64,000 nucleotides of DNA from Chiloscyllium plagiosum (GCF_004010195.1 NC_057728.1:18389852-18453851), one strand, 5' to 3'. Shown: positions 11,052 to 24,655, numbered from the stretch's first letter. The notes: generated by a model not told the origin, from the sequence alone. Program-made: numbers and translations.

Positions 11052-14000
11052 AGAGCTGATTTGTAGAGCAGGCTGGGAATTAGGATAATATGGATTCCAC
11101 AAGTGGACCAAATACAAGTAATGATTGGAGCTACTTGGATCATCCAGAGGATATCATACTATGAGGACACTGATAATTAGACAGTACACAGAACTGCCTT
11201 CAATAGGAATGCAGGAGAAGTTGTTGGGGACGGGTGTATGTGGGAGATGTATCCTGCCCTATCATGTATTGTTTCTTCCATTTATACACCAGTTTCAAAG
11301 TAGATAAAAATTTGATAATTCCCTGGTTTAAAAGTTATCTTTGGCTAAGTAGCTCAGTAAATATCTGAATTCAAAATATTCAGGTCAGAAATGAAGTTCG
11401 CTTGTTTCCTTAGAAAGATAACATTTACACTGATACTTAATACTTGCACAAAAAATAGTTCACCTTGTAGCTTCTCAGTTACTTCTTTGCCCCTGTGCTT
11501 GTAAGCATTGTTCTGTGATGTCAAACGATTTAAAAAGAATTCAGTCACTGTAAGGTATTTATGGTTGCAATTACCCAAGTACATTGTCCAAGTTGCCAAG
11601 GAACTATTGCATGAGTTATCATCTTGACAAGATAGAATCTAACCAACTACCCTTGAAATTCAATTGCATTACCCATCACCGATTCCTTCACTACAGACAG
11701 AATATCTCATGAAAACTGAAAGTGTCTGAAAACAGACATTCCTTTTGCCTGCACTCCAAGTGGTTTAGCCAACCTCATCCAATCCAATCTGGAAAGGTTT
11801 GGGGAAGATGCTGCAAAACCTTTAAATCCCATGGGCGCTGGTTGCCTTCTCGCAGTTTGTCCAACTCAGTTCAAAGAGATTTACTAAGAGTACTGTATAA
11901 TCTTAAATTAATTAAAAAAATGTTTTTCAGGTACGACTACTACATAGTATTTTTAATATTATTTCAGCTTGATTGATCTTTTCTCAAAATAAGCAGGGTG
12001 TACTGATGTTGGGAAATGGGAGAGGCATGAGAGTTATGAAATCCAATATGAGAGAAGTGAATTAATATCAGCAGCACATGAACACTTAATTAAAAGTGCT
12101 TTGCAATTATATCATTTGTTTTTTCTGTATGTCCTAATTATTGACTTTGTGGGGGTACCAATATGTTTTATGAAAACTGGCATATTGAACATGACAAAAC
12201 AGGTATGATCCCAAAGTTGCTGGATTTCAGGTACCTATGTCAACTTTTTCAGAAACTGACAGGACCAGTCACACAAATGCTATGGTTACAAGACCAGGTC
12301 AGAGGATGGAAATTCTGCTGCAAGTGATCTACCTTCTGATTCCTCAAAACCAGTCCACCAAGGCATGAGCTAGGAGCATTACAGAAGCTTAATATCACCC
12401 AGGAGAAAGCTGTCTGTTTGATGGGCACCTTATTTACAACCTTAACATGCAATCCCTCTACTACCAGTGCACAATGACAGTATTTACCATCTAAAAAATA
12501 TACTGCAGCAATTTGTCAAGCTTCCTTCAACATCATCTGCGAAAACCTGCAACTTCTATCACCGAGATCTGGCCTGGGCAAACGAAGGTGCAACCCATAT
12601 TTGGTGCACAGCAACCTCTAATCCAGCCTCGAGATAACCACTGGGAAAGCGCACACAGTGCACTGGTAAACTTCAGTGCATGCCAACAACTGCTCCTGGT
12701 GCTTGATAGGTGTGAGAAGCTGAAAGGAGCTAAAATGCAGATTGGGGAGAGCTTCAAGGGAAGCACTTCATGGGAAGAAAAGTATTTGCAGGTAATTTGG
12801 AGTTGACCAGTTATGGGAGTCTGGAGGTGGGTTTTTCTTGGATACTGCACCATCATGTTAAATCAGGAAGTACGTGTGGGGCAACAGAAGAACACAGAAT
12901 GCATACTCACTTAAAATTATTACTCTTTGATTTACTTTCTGGATTTTATACACAATTTCAAAACTTCAATAAAGTATGAAGTGTATGAAAACTAAAGTCA
13001 ATTCTTAAATACAAAGGAGGTCCATTCTAATGTGTTTCAATATACCATGAATTTGCTTATTGCTTGAGGTTTTATGGCAGCCAAAAGAAGCAAATGACTA
13101 TTTAAATCTTCATTTTGTTAGTTAAAAAGGAGAAAGTAAAGAGTTTTCTTAATACGGCCCATACATTATTACATTTTGGACCTCAACATCCACATTAAAA
13201 TGGACGTCCACCATAGTTTTGATGTTCTATTTTTCCAATTTCCTCATTTCAAAGCGCTGATTCTTCACGTCCATTTTGGGATAGTAATACACAGAAGAGC
13301 TCCTTTACTCATTCAAAAGGGCGTAAGATCTGTAATCTAGTCAAAATATTTGCACCTGTATGCCTGTGAATGGCTTAATTTATAAGTTCCCACAGACAGT
13401 TACAGTAGTATGAGGGATGTAGAACTTTAGATAAATGGGCAGTTAAGAAAATATAGAATTGTTCTCCTTATAGCAGAATAAAATAAGGTCAGGTTTAACG
13501 GAAATGTTTAAAATTATGAAGGCTAAATAAGGAGAAACTGTTTCTAGTGCAGAAGGGTCAGTAAACCAATATAGAGGTCATAGATTTATGCGTAATAACA
13601 ACAGAACCAGTGGGTAGTGAAATTGTAGACCTTGCAAAACCTTGATTTCTAATTCTGCTAGTGAACAAAGTATTGAAATATCAAAGCATAAACGCTAACT
13701 GCAATGAACCACAACATATGCATGACTGAAGATCTCCAAAAGCATTCTCAGTTTAATATGGGCATCTCAATGATTATTTTTAAGCACATCCAAAAATTAA
13801 AGCTGTAAAAATTCTTTTTATTCTTGAAGAAGTGCAATTAATATTTATATTTTTACAAAAAAGATGGTAAGTGAAGAATGTTTGGTCTTAGCTAAGTTTT
13901 TTGTATTTTGAGAAATTTGAAAATGAGAAACATGCACCCTAACTGGTCTGGGACAGGTTAATGATGCTGTTAGTAGCACACCTTCTAAAATGTGCTGAAA

Positions 14001-14788
14001 AGTTATTAATTCACAGTTCTGAGCACAAGAGGTTGAGAGAGAGGTTGCAGATTATTGTACTCCCTACATGATGTGGTGGGTATTTCTGAAGTGCCTTTCG
14101 GCTCACCCACATTTTCCTTTTTATTTCTTAATTGTTTTTTGCTTCTAACACTATATCATCAATTATAGCAAAGCAGTACTTGTATTGGTAAGTCTAAAAG
14201 AAAACATTGCAGTTAATGGAAATCTGAAATGAAAACAAAATACTGCAAGTACTCAGCAGATCAGATGGCATTTGTAAAAAAGAGTGGAATTTGATGCCAC
14301 TCAGAAAAAAAGGTGACAAATTACATTGTTAACATTACGCCAGAAAGCGTGTAAAAGGAGAGTATGTTTGATTTCATTATTATACGTGATGCACTATTTA
14401 GTGGTAATAGTGCTCATCATAAATTGGAACCTCCTACTCAACACCTCTCCCTGGCTTCCTGTCCTTGCAAAGATCACTCCCCCACACATCCACAGTCTGA
14501 CAAAAACTCAAGCTGGATAAAACCATCTGTGCTGCACCTTACTTACCACTCCATAATGACACATTCAATACTCTCTGTCTTCCATCTCGGCTCCCTATAT
14601 GGAGCACTCTTCCTAAGCAAGTTCTACCAAGACACCCTTTAGATCAAGAAGTGGTGTGAATGCCTTATGCACTTGTGGACAGACATACACAAGGCTGCAT
14701 CTTATCAAGGAGTGCCCCTTCTATAAATTAACTAGCAGACTAATCATCTTAAACTCAACAAATCAGGCTTGGCTTTGAGGATTTCCAT

Positions 14789-16680
14789 GAGAAAGTGAGG
14801 ACTGCAGAGGCTGGAGATCAGAGCTGAAAATGTGTTGCTGGAAAAGCGCAGCAGATCAGGCAGCATCCAACGAGCAGGAGAATCGACGTTTCGGGCATGA
14901 GGCCTTTTTCAGGAATGAGGAAAGTGTGTCCAGCAGGCTAAGATAAAAGGTAGGGACTTGGGGGAGGGGCGTTGGAAATGCGATAGGTGGAAGGAAGTCA
15001 AGGTGAGGGTGATAGGCTGGNNNNNNNNNNNNNNNNNNNNNNNNNNNNNNNNNNNNNNNNNNNNNNNNNNNNNNNNNNNNNNNNNNNNNNNNNNNNNNNN
15101 NNNNNNNNNNNNNNNNNNNNNNNNNNNNNNNNNNNNNNNNNNNNNNNNNNNNNNNNNNNNNNNNNNNNNNNNNNNNNNNNNNNNNNNNNNNNNNNNNNNN
15201 NNNNNNNNNNNNNNNNNNNNNNNNNNNNNNNNNNNNNNNNNNNNNNNNNNNNNNNNNNNNNNNNNNNNNNNNNNNNNNNNNNNNNNNNNNNNNNNNNNNN
15301 NNNNNNNNNNNNNNNNNNNNNNNNNNNNNNNNNNNNNNNNNNNNNNNNNNNNNNNNNNNNNNNNNNNNNNNNNNNNNNNNNNNNNNNNNNNNNNNNNNNN
15401 NNNNNNNNNNNNNNNNNNNNNNNNNNNNNNNNNNNNNNNNNNNNNNNNNNNNNNNNNNNNNNNNNNNNNNNNNNNNNNNNNNNNNNNNNNNNNNNNNNNN
15501 NNNNNNNNNNNNNNNNNNNNNNNNNNNNNNNNNNNNNNNNNNNNNNNNNNNNNNNNNNNNNNNNNNNNNNNNNNNNNNNNNNNNNNNNNNNNNNNNNNNN
15601 NNNNNNNNNNNNNNNNNNNNNNNNNNNNNNNNNNNNNNNNNNNNNNNNNNNNNNNNNNNNNNNNNNNNNNNNNNNNNNNNNNNNNNNNNNNNNNNNNNNN
15701 NNNNNNNNNNNNNNNNNNNNNNNNNNNNNNNNNNNNNNNNNNNNNNNNNNNNNNNNNNNNNNNNNNNNNNNNNNNNNNNNNNNNNNNNNNNNNNNNNNNN
15801 NNNNNNNNNNNNNNNNNNNNNNNNNNNNNNNNNNNNNNNNNNNNNNNNNNNNNNNNNNNNNNNNNNNNNNNNNNNNNNNNNNNNNNNNNNTTTGCTACTT
15901 GGAGAATTAACTGCAGTGTGGGAGAGTGCAGACTCTCTCAAAGAGATCAGTGTCCATATTGTCATGATCGTGATCGCCGCCCACACGATAAATCGTAGGC
16001 TCAAGCATCTCTGCTGCTGCTGTTTTGTTCCAGACAATTGAATTTTCAATGGAACCGAAGAGAGACCGTTATTTCATCGCTGTTGTGAAACAAAGTTCTA
16101 TAGTGACTCTACTAGCCATTATTTTCTGTTTTGGCGAATGGGAAAATTATTCCAATGAATTTCGATGTCATATGTTCTTAAATTTCTACCATTTCTTTCA
16201 TTCTGTTCTGGAGACGGCAGAAGGGAAAGGTAATCTAATCGAGAATGTGGTTGGTGAAATTCACTTTTCATGGCCCATTCTTTTTGTATTCTTTCTTTCT
16301 CTCTTTTCAGCACTTTCTGGGAAATGGCGGTGCACTAAGGCTCCAGGATGTTTGCAAGAGCAGACTGGAATTCCCCTGCTGTTAGTTGCGAGATTAGTAT
16401 ATGGCTCAAGCGCCTGGTTGTGCCCGCCAGAAACTACCCTTGTCTTTCCTGACCTCTCCGCCCCCACCCCACCCCGGTCTATCACCCTCACTTTGACCTC
16501 CTTCTACCTATCGCATTTCCAACGCCCCTCCCCCAAGTCCCTCCTCCCTACCTTTTATCTTAGCTTGCTGGACACACTTTCCTCATTCCTGAAAAAGGGC
16601 TCATGCCCGAAACGTCGATTCTCCTGCTCCTTGGATGCTGCCTGACCTGCTGCGCTTTTCCAGCAACACATTTTCAGCTC
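14789..16680. mobile_element. Family-1 Penelope pLTR insertion with inverted ends and a 13-bp TSD, spanning a gap and non-repeat internal DNA
   Basis: TSD tgaggatttccat at 14776-14788 and 16681-16693. Arms 14789-15020 and about 16437-16680 are reverse complements. Confidence 0.75.
15021..15890. other. Assembly gap (N run)
   Basis: 870 N. Confidence 1.
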
Positions 16681-17784
16681 TGAGGATTTCCATTCATTAA
16701 ATAAATAATCAGAAAAATAAAAGTTTAATGCTTATTTATCTTCATTATAACTTCATTTTTTGAGGATTTATGGTCAGCTCTCTTGCATCTTCCCTCATCC
16801 AACTTCCATACCCAGATGTGGCCCACCAAATGAGAGGTAGGCCTGCTTAGAAGAAAAAGGGTTGCTGATCTTTGGGGGCACAATGTCCTGCAAGTTCACC
16901 TCCGAACTATTCTAGGAGTGCAATCATCTGTGTTGAGTGTGTCTGAAGGCAAAACAGTCTGAAAATTGTCGTGACAAGTAAATATAGCACAATACATCAA
17001 ACTTGTTACAGGATTAATGGTTGAAAAATTATAGCAATTTCTTATAAATTCTGATGAAATGCAAATACTTCTGGGCAAATCCAACCATGGTTGTATTGGT
17101 GAGGTAGACAAGTAGTCATCACATCCTCAAGGGAGATAACGTCATGGAATCTGTGGACCAGATTTTCCACTCCCTTGAGCAGCCTGGGCAATGATGGAAC
17201 AATTAAGAAAATAGGATGAAAATAGCAAAATCAGGTTCTTAATGTTGAGAAAAAAAGTTCTGACTTTCTCCTTGGATTTAAATAACAGATTCGGAATCTC
17301 ACTAATGAGTGATGATTACCTTATTTCCATGTATTTACACTCAGTATTAGTTAAACATGCCTCAGTTCTATGCAATTCTATTTTCCTTTCCTTCCCAGAG
17401 AAACTACATAGTGCCAATTCCCAGCATGAAAGTCAAAGTGGTTACCTGGCAACAGAAACTCACCACTTGCATCTCCAGGCAAATAATTCTGTCTTCACCA
17501 GAATAATCCTGCATACTTCATGAACATATTCTTTCTCTACCTTTCATCCACACAAGTAGACATTGCCAAATCACCAACCTCACCACATCACCATGGCTGC
17601 ATCCATCTCTGTATGATTTCATTTTGGAGCTCAGGGATACTTATATGCTTCTGTTAGGTCACTTTGGCCACGGAGGCATGCATGCATCCACACAGACTGC
17701 ATTTTCGGAATCTTAGCTTACTTTCTTAGCAGTCATTCACTTTATGCTCATTCGGAAGCTGCCAGCCTTCTCTTTAGTGATGAA

Positions 17785-18096
17785 ATTAGATTCCCTACAG
17801 TGTGGAAACGGGTCCTTCAGCCCAACAAGTCCACACCAACTCTCCGAAGAGCAACCCACCCAAACCCATTTCCCTCTGACTAATACACTGACACTATGGG
17901 CAATTTTAGCATGGCCAATTCCCCTGACGTGCACATCTTTGGACTGTGAAAGGAAACTGGAGCACCCAGAGGAAACCCAGAGAGACACAGGAAGAATGTG
18001 CAAACTCCACACAGACAGTCGCCCGAGGCTGGAATTGAACCCAGGTTCCTGGCACTGTGAGGCAGCCGTGCTAACCACTGAGCCACTGTGCCGCCC
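17785..18096 (-). mobile_element. HE1-type V-SINE
   Basis: Full-length match to the other copies. Confidence 0.9.
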
Positions 18097-20671
18097 CAGT
18101 GTGCGGCTACAGGCTGTCAACCTCTGTGGTTTGCACTTCTTTTCAGTACAGAAGGGAGACACAGGCAGCTGGTCATCGCTTTGAACAATGAACAGTCAAA
18201 GGGATGGACATTTGCTGTAGAGCATGACACTATGTCAATATCACACCAACATGTATGAGCAATTTATGCAGCAAATGCACTGCACGTAATTCAAACAAAT
18301 GCCATGTCTAAAAGTCAAAGGGCCAGTCCTTAGTGGGCGGATAGCTATAAACTATTATTCACACAGTGGCCTATAGCTAATGGGAAAGAAATATTTCACC
18401 AAGAGGTAGCTTTCGATCAAACCAACTTTTGAGGATGATATGGAAGACTCAGAGGATGTACAAATTATACACTTTACTTTGCAAAAGGACATTTTCTTCC
18501 TCGAGTGGTGGGGAGATCCTTCTTATTTGGCATGGTTTACAATCTGGTAAGTACTTCATTGACACGTTCCAGCAGCTGATAGAGATTGTAACAAGTAAAA
18601 GTTTCTGACAGTTGAAAAACTGAAGAATATTCTCCATGACAGTGACATGCCCATGTAAACAGCCATAAGAAACTTGACTGACATGCATAATGAAGGGAGG
18701 AAAACATTTAGTATAGATGTCCAAGGCTATGAACCGACTTAGCTAAAAGGTGGAAACGCCTGTCCAAGTTCTGAGGGCTGTCGTGGCTTAAGCATGCTAG
18801 TACTTTGCTTCCAAAAACTGGCAATGTCCATGGAAAGCCAGATGTAGCTGAACTATTGGATATCCACTTAGACTTGCATTCCATCATTCCAGTTGAAGAA
18901 TCAATGTACCAGTGATTAGATGAGAGGGGATGAGACACATGTACCTCCTTTCAGATGCCCTTTCCCCTGAAGGACGCAGGAAGTGCTGAGACGGAGAAGG
19001 AGTGCATGCCAGCAATCCTGTGGGCCTTCTTCTCAGGACACTCTTGGGTTGGCGAGCCTGCACAACCCCTCCAGTACTGACTCCAGCAAGTGAAAATAAG
19101 GGGACTGCTCCTGTACTCATTCATAGTGAGCAAAATGCCTTAGCCTCAACTGCTGATCTTCCATCAATCCCAACTTAATTAGTCAATGCTAGTTCATTTC
19201 CATAGATTCATTCTGTTTATGAGAAACTGACTTTTGGTCATTTACACAATTAAGTTACTTTGTCTAACTTACTACCAGCTTCGGGGAGCATCATAAGGTT
19301 CCGCCCTATTTTCCCCACATGCCTTCCACTAGAACGCATGAACATTAATTGGTTTGTAATGGGAGTCAATTCACTCAATAAATACAGACTAATAATTATA
19401 GCCCTATGTAACTAAAACTTTTTCGCACTTTTTTTTCATAACAATATACTAATTATACACGGATGAACAGTTACAAATACTCTGGATTTTAATTAAAGAC
19501 TTAATACTATATGCAAGTTACAAGCGATCTATATATCTAAGAGGAAATCAACTCAGCCCTTGCTTGATACGTCACATGTCATATGACAACACTGACTGCA
19601 AAGATGTTGTACACTCCTTCTTTACATTGTTCATTCAAGTAATATCATAATCATGAGTGCATTACAAGGAAAGGAAAATCCAAAAGGAATATTGTTCTTT
19701 TTCAAAAGACACTGCTGAGTACTAGCGATTATGGTACGTACTAAATTAACAAACTGTAGGTCAAGATCAAATTCTGATGAACAAAACCTTGAACCCGAAT
19801 TTAAAAATCCAATAATTTGCCACCAAATTCCAACTATACAATCATAGCCACCAAAATCTAACTGTATGAATGGTGCCTATTTGGCCCATTGACTTAGTGC
19901 TGGTTTTCCACAACAGCAATTTAGTTAGTCCCATGCCCTGCCCTGTCCCCGTAGTCCAGAACATTTTCTCTCTTTAGATGAGAATTTCATTTTGAAAGTC
20001 AGAACTGACTATGCCTCCATCACCTTCTTGGGCACTGCATTCCAGATCCTAATCACTCACATTTTATGTTGCCTTTGATTCTTTTGCCATTCACCTTGAA
20101 TCATATCCTATAGTCCCAATTTTCCAAGTCTTTCAAGATTGGGCAGGGTAAAAAGAAGTTATAAAATATTTACATTTACACAGGAAATGCTTCAATGACA
20201 TGCTCACAATCTCAGTGAAAAAGTACAACTCCTCTAATGACTCAGAGAACACTAACCAGGACCATTGAAGTGGAGGGAAGAAATCCGGGATGGATTTGTG
20301 CACTTCAAATCACATTGCTGTTGCTAGCTGAAGTCAAGCATCAACAAAGAAAGGAATGTGTGGTAACCTGGGTATACCATCTTGTCATTCCTCAAACTGT
20401 GCCCAACCAGTGATAGGTGCCAAAGGTTATGCATTAGGTTCTGCCTAAGAGACTGTCTAAGAAGAGCATTTTTCTCTTCAAGAAATATAAACTCCGTAAT
20501 ATAATTGCTCATTTACACCAATTATGAATGCTGTGTCTACTTCAAACTGGTAGTTGACACATCTTGTTCCTATGCAAAGTCTGCAATTTTGCTTCTCCTC
20601 CTATCCATATTTGCAGGAAATATATATGTGGTGTGGTTTAATAACGTGATACAAAAGCAAACAAAGCACAG

Positions 20672-21180
20672 GGATTCATTTCCATAGAATTGAAGAACCA
20701 GAAGCTGTATTAAGTTTGTACAGAACCTTATTAGACCACACTTGGGAGTAATGTACACAGATCTGTTCTCCACAATATAAAAAGGATACAGAGGTAAAGT
20801 GAAATGCTAAACCTATCACGAAAAATTCAAGAGGCTGGGGCTCTTTCTTTCTAGAAGTGACTTAGAGGTATTTAAAATTGGGCTAAAACTAGAAATGTTT
20901 TCGACTTTTGGGGGAGACAAAAACCCAAGAGACATGAAGTTAGGTGATAATTAACAAATCCAATATGAAATTGTGAGAAACTTCTTTACCAAGAGAATCA
21001 ACGGAATGCCTAGCCATCACAGTTGTGGTGACTAGCACAGATGCTTATAAGTGGAATTTATATAAATACATACAGGAAAAAGGAAAATAGATGAAAAGTG
21101 TTGGGAGGATGCTCATGTTGACTATTAGAAGTCAACATGGATAAGGTGGGCATATGATCTGTTGCCATGCTGTATATAAC
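20672..21180 (+). mobile_element. CR1-type LINE 3' fragment, degraded
   Basis: ..ttagaccacacttggga.. (RPHLE), gagaaacttctttacca and a CR1-like tail. Confidence 0.65.
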
Positions 21181-21874
21181 GTGTAAGCATAAGTATTCTA
21201 AGCTCTTGTGCTTTGGTACTCACTTATTAAGCTCTTACTCCTAACTTTATTACATCATAGTAAATCCAGAATTAATACTCAATTACTCTGCTAACAATTG
21301 GTCTTAAGCTGAATCTAAGAAGATCCCTGCTACTTAATTATACATTCTGCTAATAATATTCTTATATATGAACTTAAAAGGATAAGCTATATCAATTGCA
21401 GGAACAGCTAGAATATGAATGAGTTAGGACAACACCACTCGTCAAGTGTCTTGTTTTGGTACCTCCTACTGTCACAGTCATTCTCTTTCTGTAAAGGCAT
21501 AATATCATACCATGCTGTATGACTAGTTTGATTTGGAGTAAGCAAGGTAGGTATTCCAGATTCAGCTTTTAAAATAGAGTGACCTTCTCTTCCCAACAAA
21601 CTGAGCAACTATAGTGAAAGAGAACAATTAAATTTGAATCCTGCCTTAATGCTTAAGAATACTTCAATTCTGCGGATATGCACTTCATAAAACTATTACT
21701 TAAGAATACTAGTTAATTGTATGAAACACATGTCCGCAGAATTGTCCAATAATTCAAACCCACCAAGTAAAATACAGACTTCATCACTCTAAAATTTATA
21801 TCTTGCCTGTGGATACCTTTTATGCTGTAGATGTACTTTTACATGCATTTTTAGAATGAAGGAATTGTACATAC

Positions 21875-21929
21875 CTCTTGTTGAAACATATAAAGAACCA
21901 TTCAGGTAGCTTGTTGCGATTCGCTTACG
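21875..21929 (-). CDS. PHF21B: PHF21B coding exon: RKRIATSYLNGSLYVSTR
   Basis: 55 nt, ttttcctag| and gag|gtatgt, phase 0-1. Aligns to recalled PHF21B RKRLASNYLNNPLFLTAR. Confidence 0.92.
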
Positions 21930-22394
21930 CTAGGAAAATTAAAATAAAGTCATTAAAAGTATTTTAAAATAGGGGCCAGAACACATTTTATAAACAATGT
22001 ATTTATATGACAATTTGCCGATCAAAGTATTTCAAAGTGATGTGGTGTAACCAAAGGAAAAAAATGCATTTTGGGATAAGATTATCCTGGAGTTTTAAGG
22101 TCTATTTTTAAAAGAAGTATTGTCTGCTGGGAAGAATGCTGGTCAAACACTGGGATTTCCACTGCTCACTGAAAAGTGCCATGGAAACTGACGGGGGTTC
22201 TTTTAAAGCTTTCTTGGTAACCTCTCAGTAAGGTAATAGAACACCAACCTGCATTATCTGCTGAAACTTTGGTATGGGGCATGAAATAAAGAGCAAGAAT
22301 GAAAACTAACTGAACTAAGATGACACTTTCACTCATGTGTCCTAATTTTAAACAATTGTGAAGTGCTTAAGAGGATTGCAAAAAGGAAGTATGA

Positions 22395-22680
22395 CTTATC
22401 CTTATATAGCACATTTGACTACCAAACATCTCAAAGTTCTTTATAGTCAATAAAACACTTTTGAAGGTAATCACCATTCTAACGTAGGATATGCAGGCAT
22501 TAAATTGTACACAGCAACTGTCACACTGTTGTCTGCAGGCAGTGGCCAGATCATTTGTTTTTGTAATGCTGATTGAATGAGAAATATTGGCCAGGACACA
22601 TGAGATAATTCTCCTGCTTTTATTCAGAATAGTGCCATAGAATCTTTAAGGTCACCCGTTTACATCCCTTCTGAAAGATT
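22395..22680 (-). mobile_element. Ancient Deu-domain-type SINE (SacSINE1/AmnSINE1-like), degraded
   Basis: ttatatagcac..caataaaacacttttgaag..aatattggccaggacac..aatagtgccatag resembles the recalled DeuSINE consensus. Related pieces at about 22120-22330 and 62770-62990. Confidence 0.5.
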
Positions 22681-24482
22681 CTGAAAAGGTGGTCAATGGC
22701 AAATTTCACTTCCATTTATTGGGTATGGAAAGAGTAGGAATACTCCTCCAAGCTGCAAAAGCTCAATTCACTTTCACTCTTCAAGCAATAGAGATTGATC
22801 CAGCCCATGGTCTTACCTTCTCCAGCTTAGAGCATGATTGGATTGCATGTTAGGACATCCCAAAACAGGTGAGCTAGCCCCAAGGCATTCAAGTTCCAGC
22901 TGAGCCTGCTATCTCCATGTAAATGAGGCACAGCCTTCAAAATGGACCATCCCTCCAGCCATAACTAATACTTATCCAATCAAAGCATATCACCTACATC
23001 CATTTGGGACAATGAAGATGGTTAAGAATTCAATACAATAATCTCATCCTTTGGAATGTTGGCGACTGCACCTCATTAAGTCAAGGAGGTTGCTTAATGT
23101 GCTTAAGATTCATATGGAATTAAAAAAAATATATGATACTTACTGGGAACTTGAATTATCACTGTGCCTTTAATGTCGAAATAAAAATCAGAAGCATTCT
23201 AGCAGTGCTGGAAATGGAAACCAAGCCAAATGAGGCAGAGATCAGATGAGACAAAAAAATCTCTGCATTTGGCTTTTGATCGTTTTTTATATAAATGGTT
23301 GAGGGCTGAATAGACCAAAAGAGTGATTTTCCATATAGCATGAGTGAGGCAGCTGAAGGTGCTACCATCAGTGAACAGTTTCAGTGAAATGTGAAGTATA
23401 CAGAAGGCAGGTTTTCCCGATGTTGAGTTGGAAGATCTCATAAATTGCCCAGGATTAAAGAGCAAGTAAAAGAGTTTAATGATTATTTGGTAAAAGAGAA
23501 CAAATTTCTTGAGGAACATGTAATTATTATCCAAATATGTTTCTTATAAACTACCTCCATTTCAAACTAACTGAAGTTAAAAAAAATTAACTAGTTAGTC
23601 TCTATCAGCATTGCTCCCAGTCAAAATTAAATTTAAATTGCATTATGTTAAGGCAACTGTCTCTGTATTTGCAATGATATTGTATGCTTGAGTTTCTCTG
23701 CTTTTCTGTTTGCTTTCTATGGGCTCTCTCTTTATGTGCCTGTTTCAGCAAAATTTAACGTCTGTGTATGAGATGAAAGATCAGACACTGGTTTCTAATA
23801 TCACCCAGTCCATGTGATATACATTTTTTCAAAAATAAAATGATAGGAGAAAGTTCTTTATGTTTAGGGTTATCTGAATATGGAAGGCTTTTCTCTCAAC
23901 AATTAGTGAATAGTAAGATTACTTGTGAATTGTTCTAACAAAGAGCTAATTACATCCTTCAGTAAAATAAAGTTACTTGGGATACAGCAGAGTATATGTC
24001 GAGCCAAAATAGATACTGAAAGGACTATTTTTTAAATTCAGCTCTATTAAGAGCTCCTTTGTGTACATTACTTATTTTTCTTTATTTTTCTCTCTGGAGA
24101 TAATGATCTGGCATTAAACAGGAGTTGAGGCTTGGGGCAGATCAGTCATGAGCTTGTTGAATGGCAGGGTAAGCTTGAGGGGCCTACTCCTTTTTATACT
24201 TCTTATGTTATTATAGAATTACTGAAAACTTTTTATTATGCACACACATATTACTGGCTCTAAACTACTTTTGTAATCACATATGATTGGATGGATTATA
24301 CAAGACAATAATTTTCACAATTAAATATCAAGATATCAGCAGAGAGATACTAAGCATCCTGTTCACTGAGACAAACAGCTGTTCTGGTGCTCTCACAGGT
24401 TAATGTGTGCAACACTGAAGTATTGCATATATTTTCCATACTTCCAAGATTCAGTAATTAATATTTCATGATATAACCAAAG

Positions 24483-24655
24483 ATCCAAAGAACTACAGAT
24501 GCTAGAAATGAGAAACAATCAGATGTTGCCGGAAAAAAATCAGCATTGCTGGCAACATAGTTCTGAGGAAGGATCACTCAATCCAAAAAGTTAACTCTGA
24601 TTTCTTTCCACAGATGCTGCCAGACCTGTTGAACTTTTCCAGTAATTTCTGTTCT
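24483..24655. mobile_element. Older hairpin Penelope pLTR relic
   Basis: cagatgct..ggaaaa..cagca arm followed by ctgaggaaggatcactcaatccaaaa..cacagatgctgccagacctg. Similar relics at about 26380-26510, 50530-50720, 58790-58885, 59060-59250 and 59975-60150. Confidence 0.6.

Noticed and set aside
14856-16049. Long ORFs of 300-400 aa (also 30095-31035)
   Set aside because: Artefacts of N runs translated as X.
16025-16645. 206-aa plus-strand ORF
   Set aside because: No recognisable domain. It runs through a polypyrimidine tract into pLTR repeat sequence.
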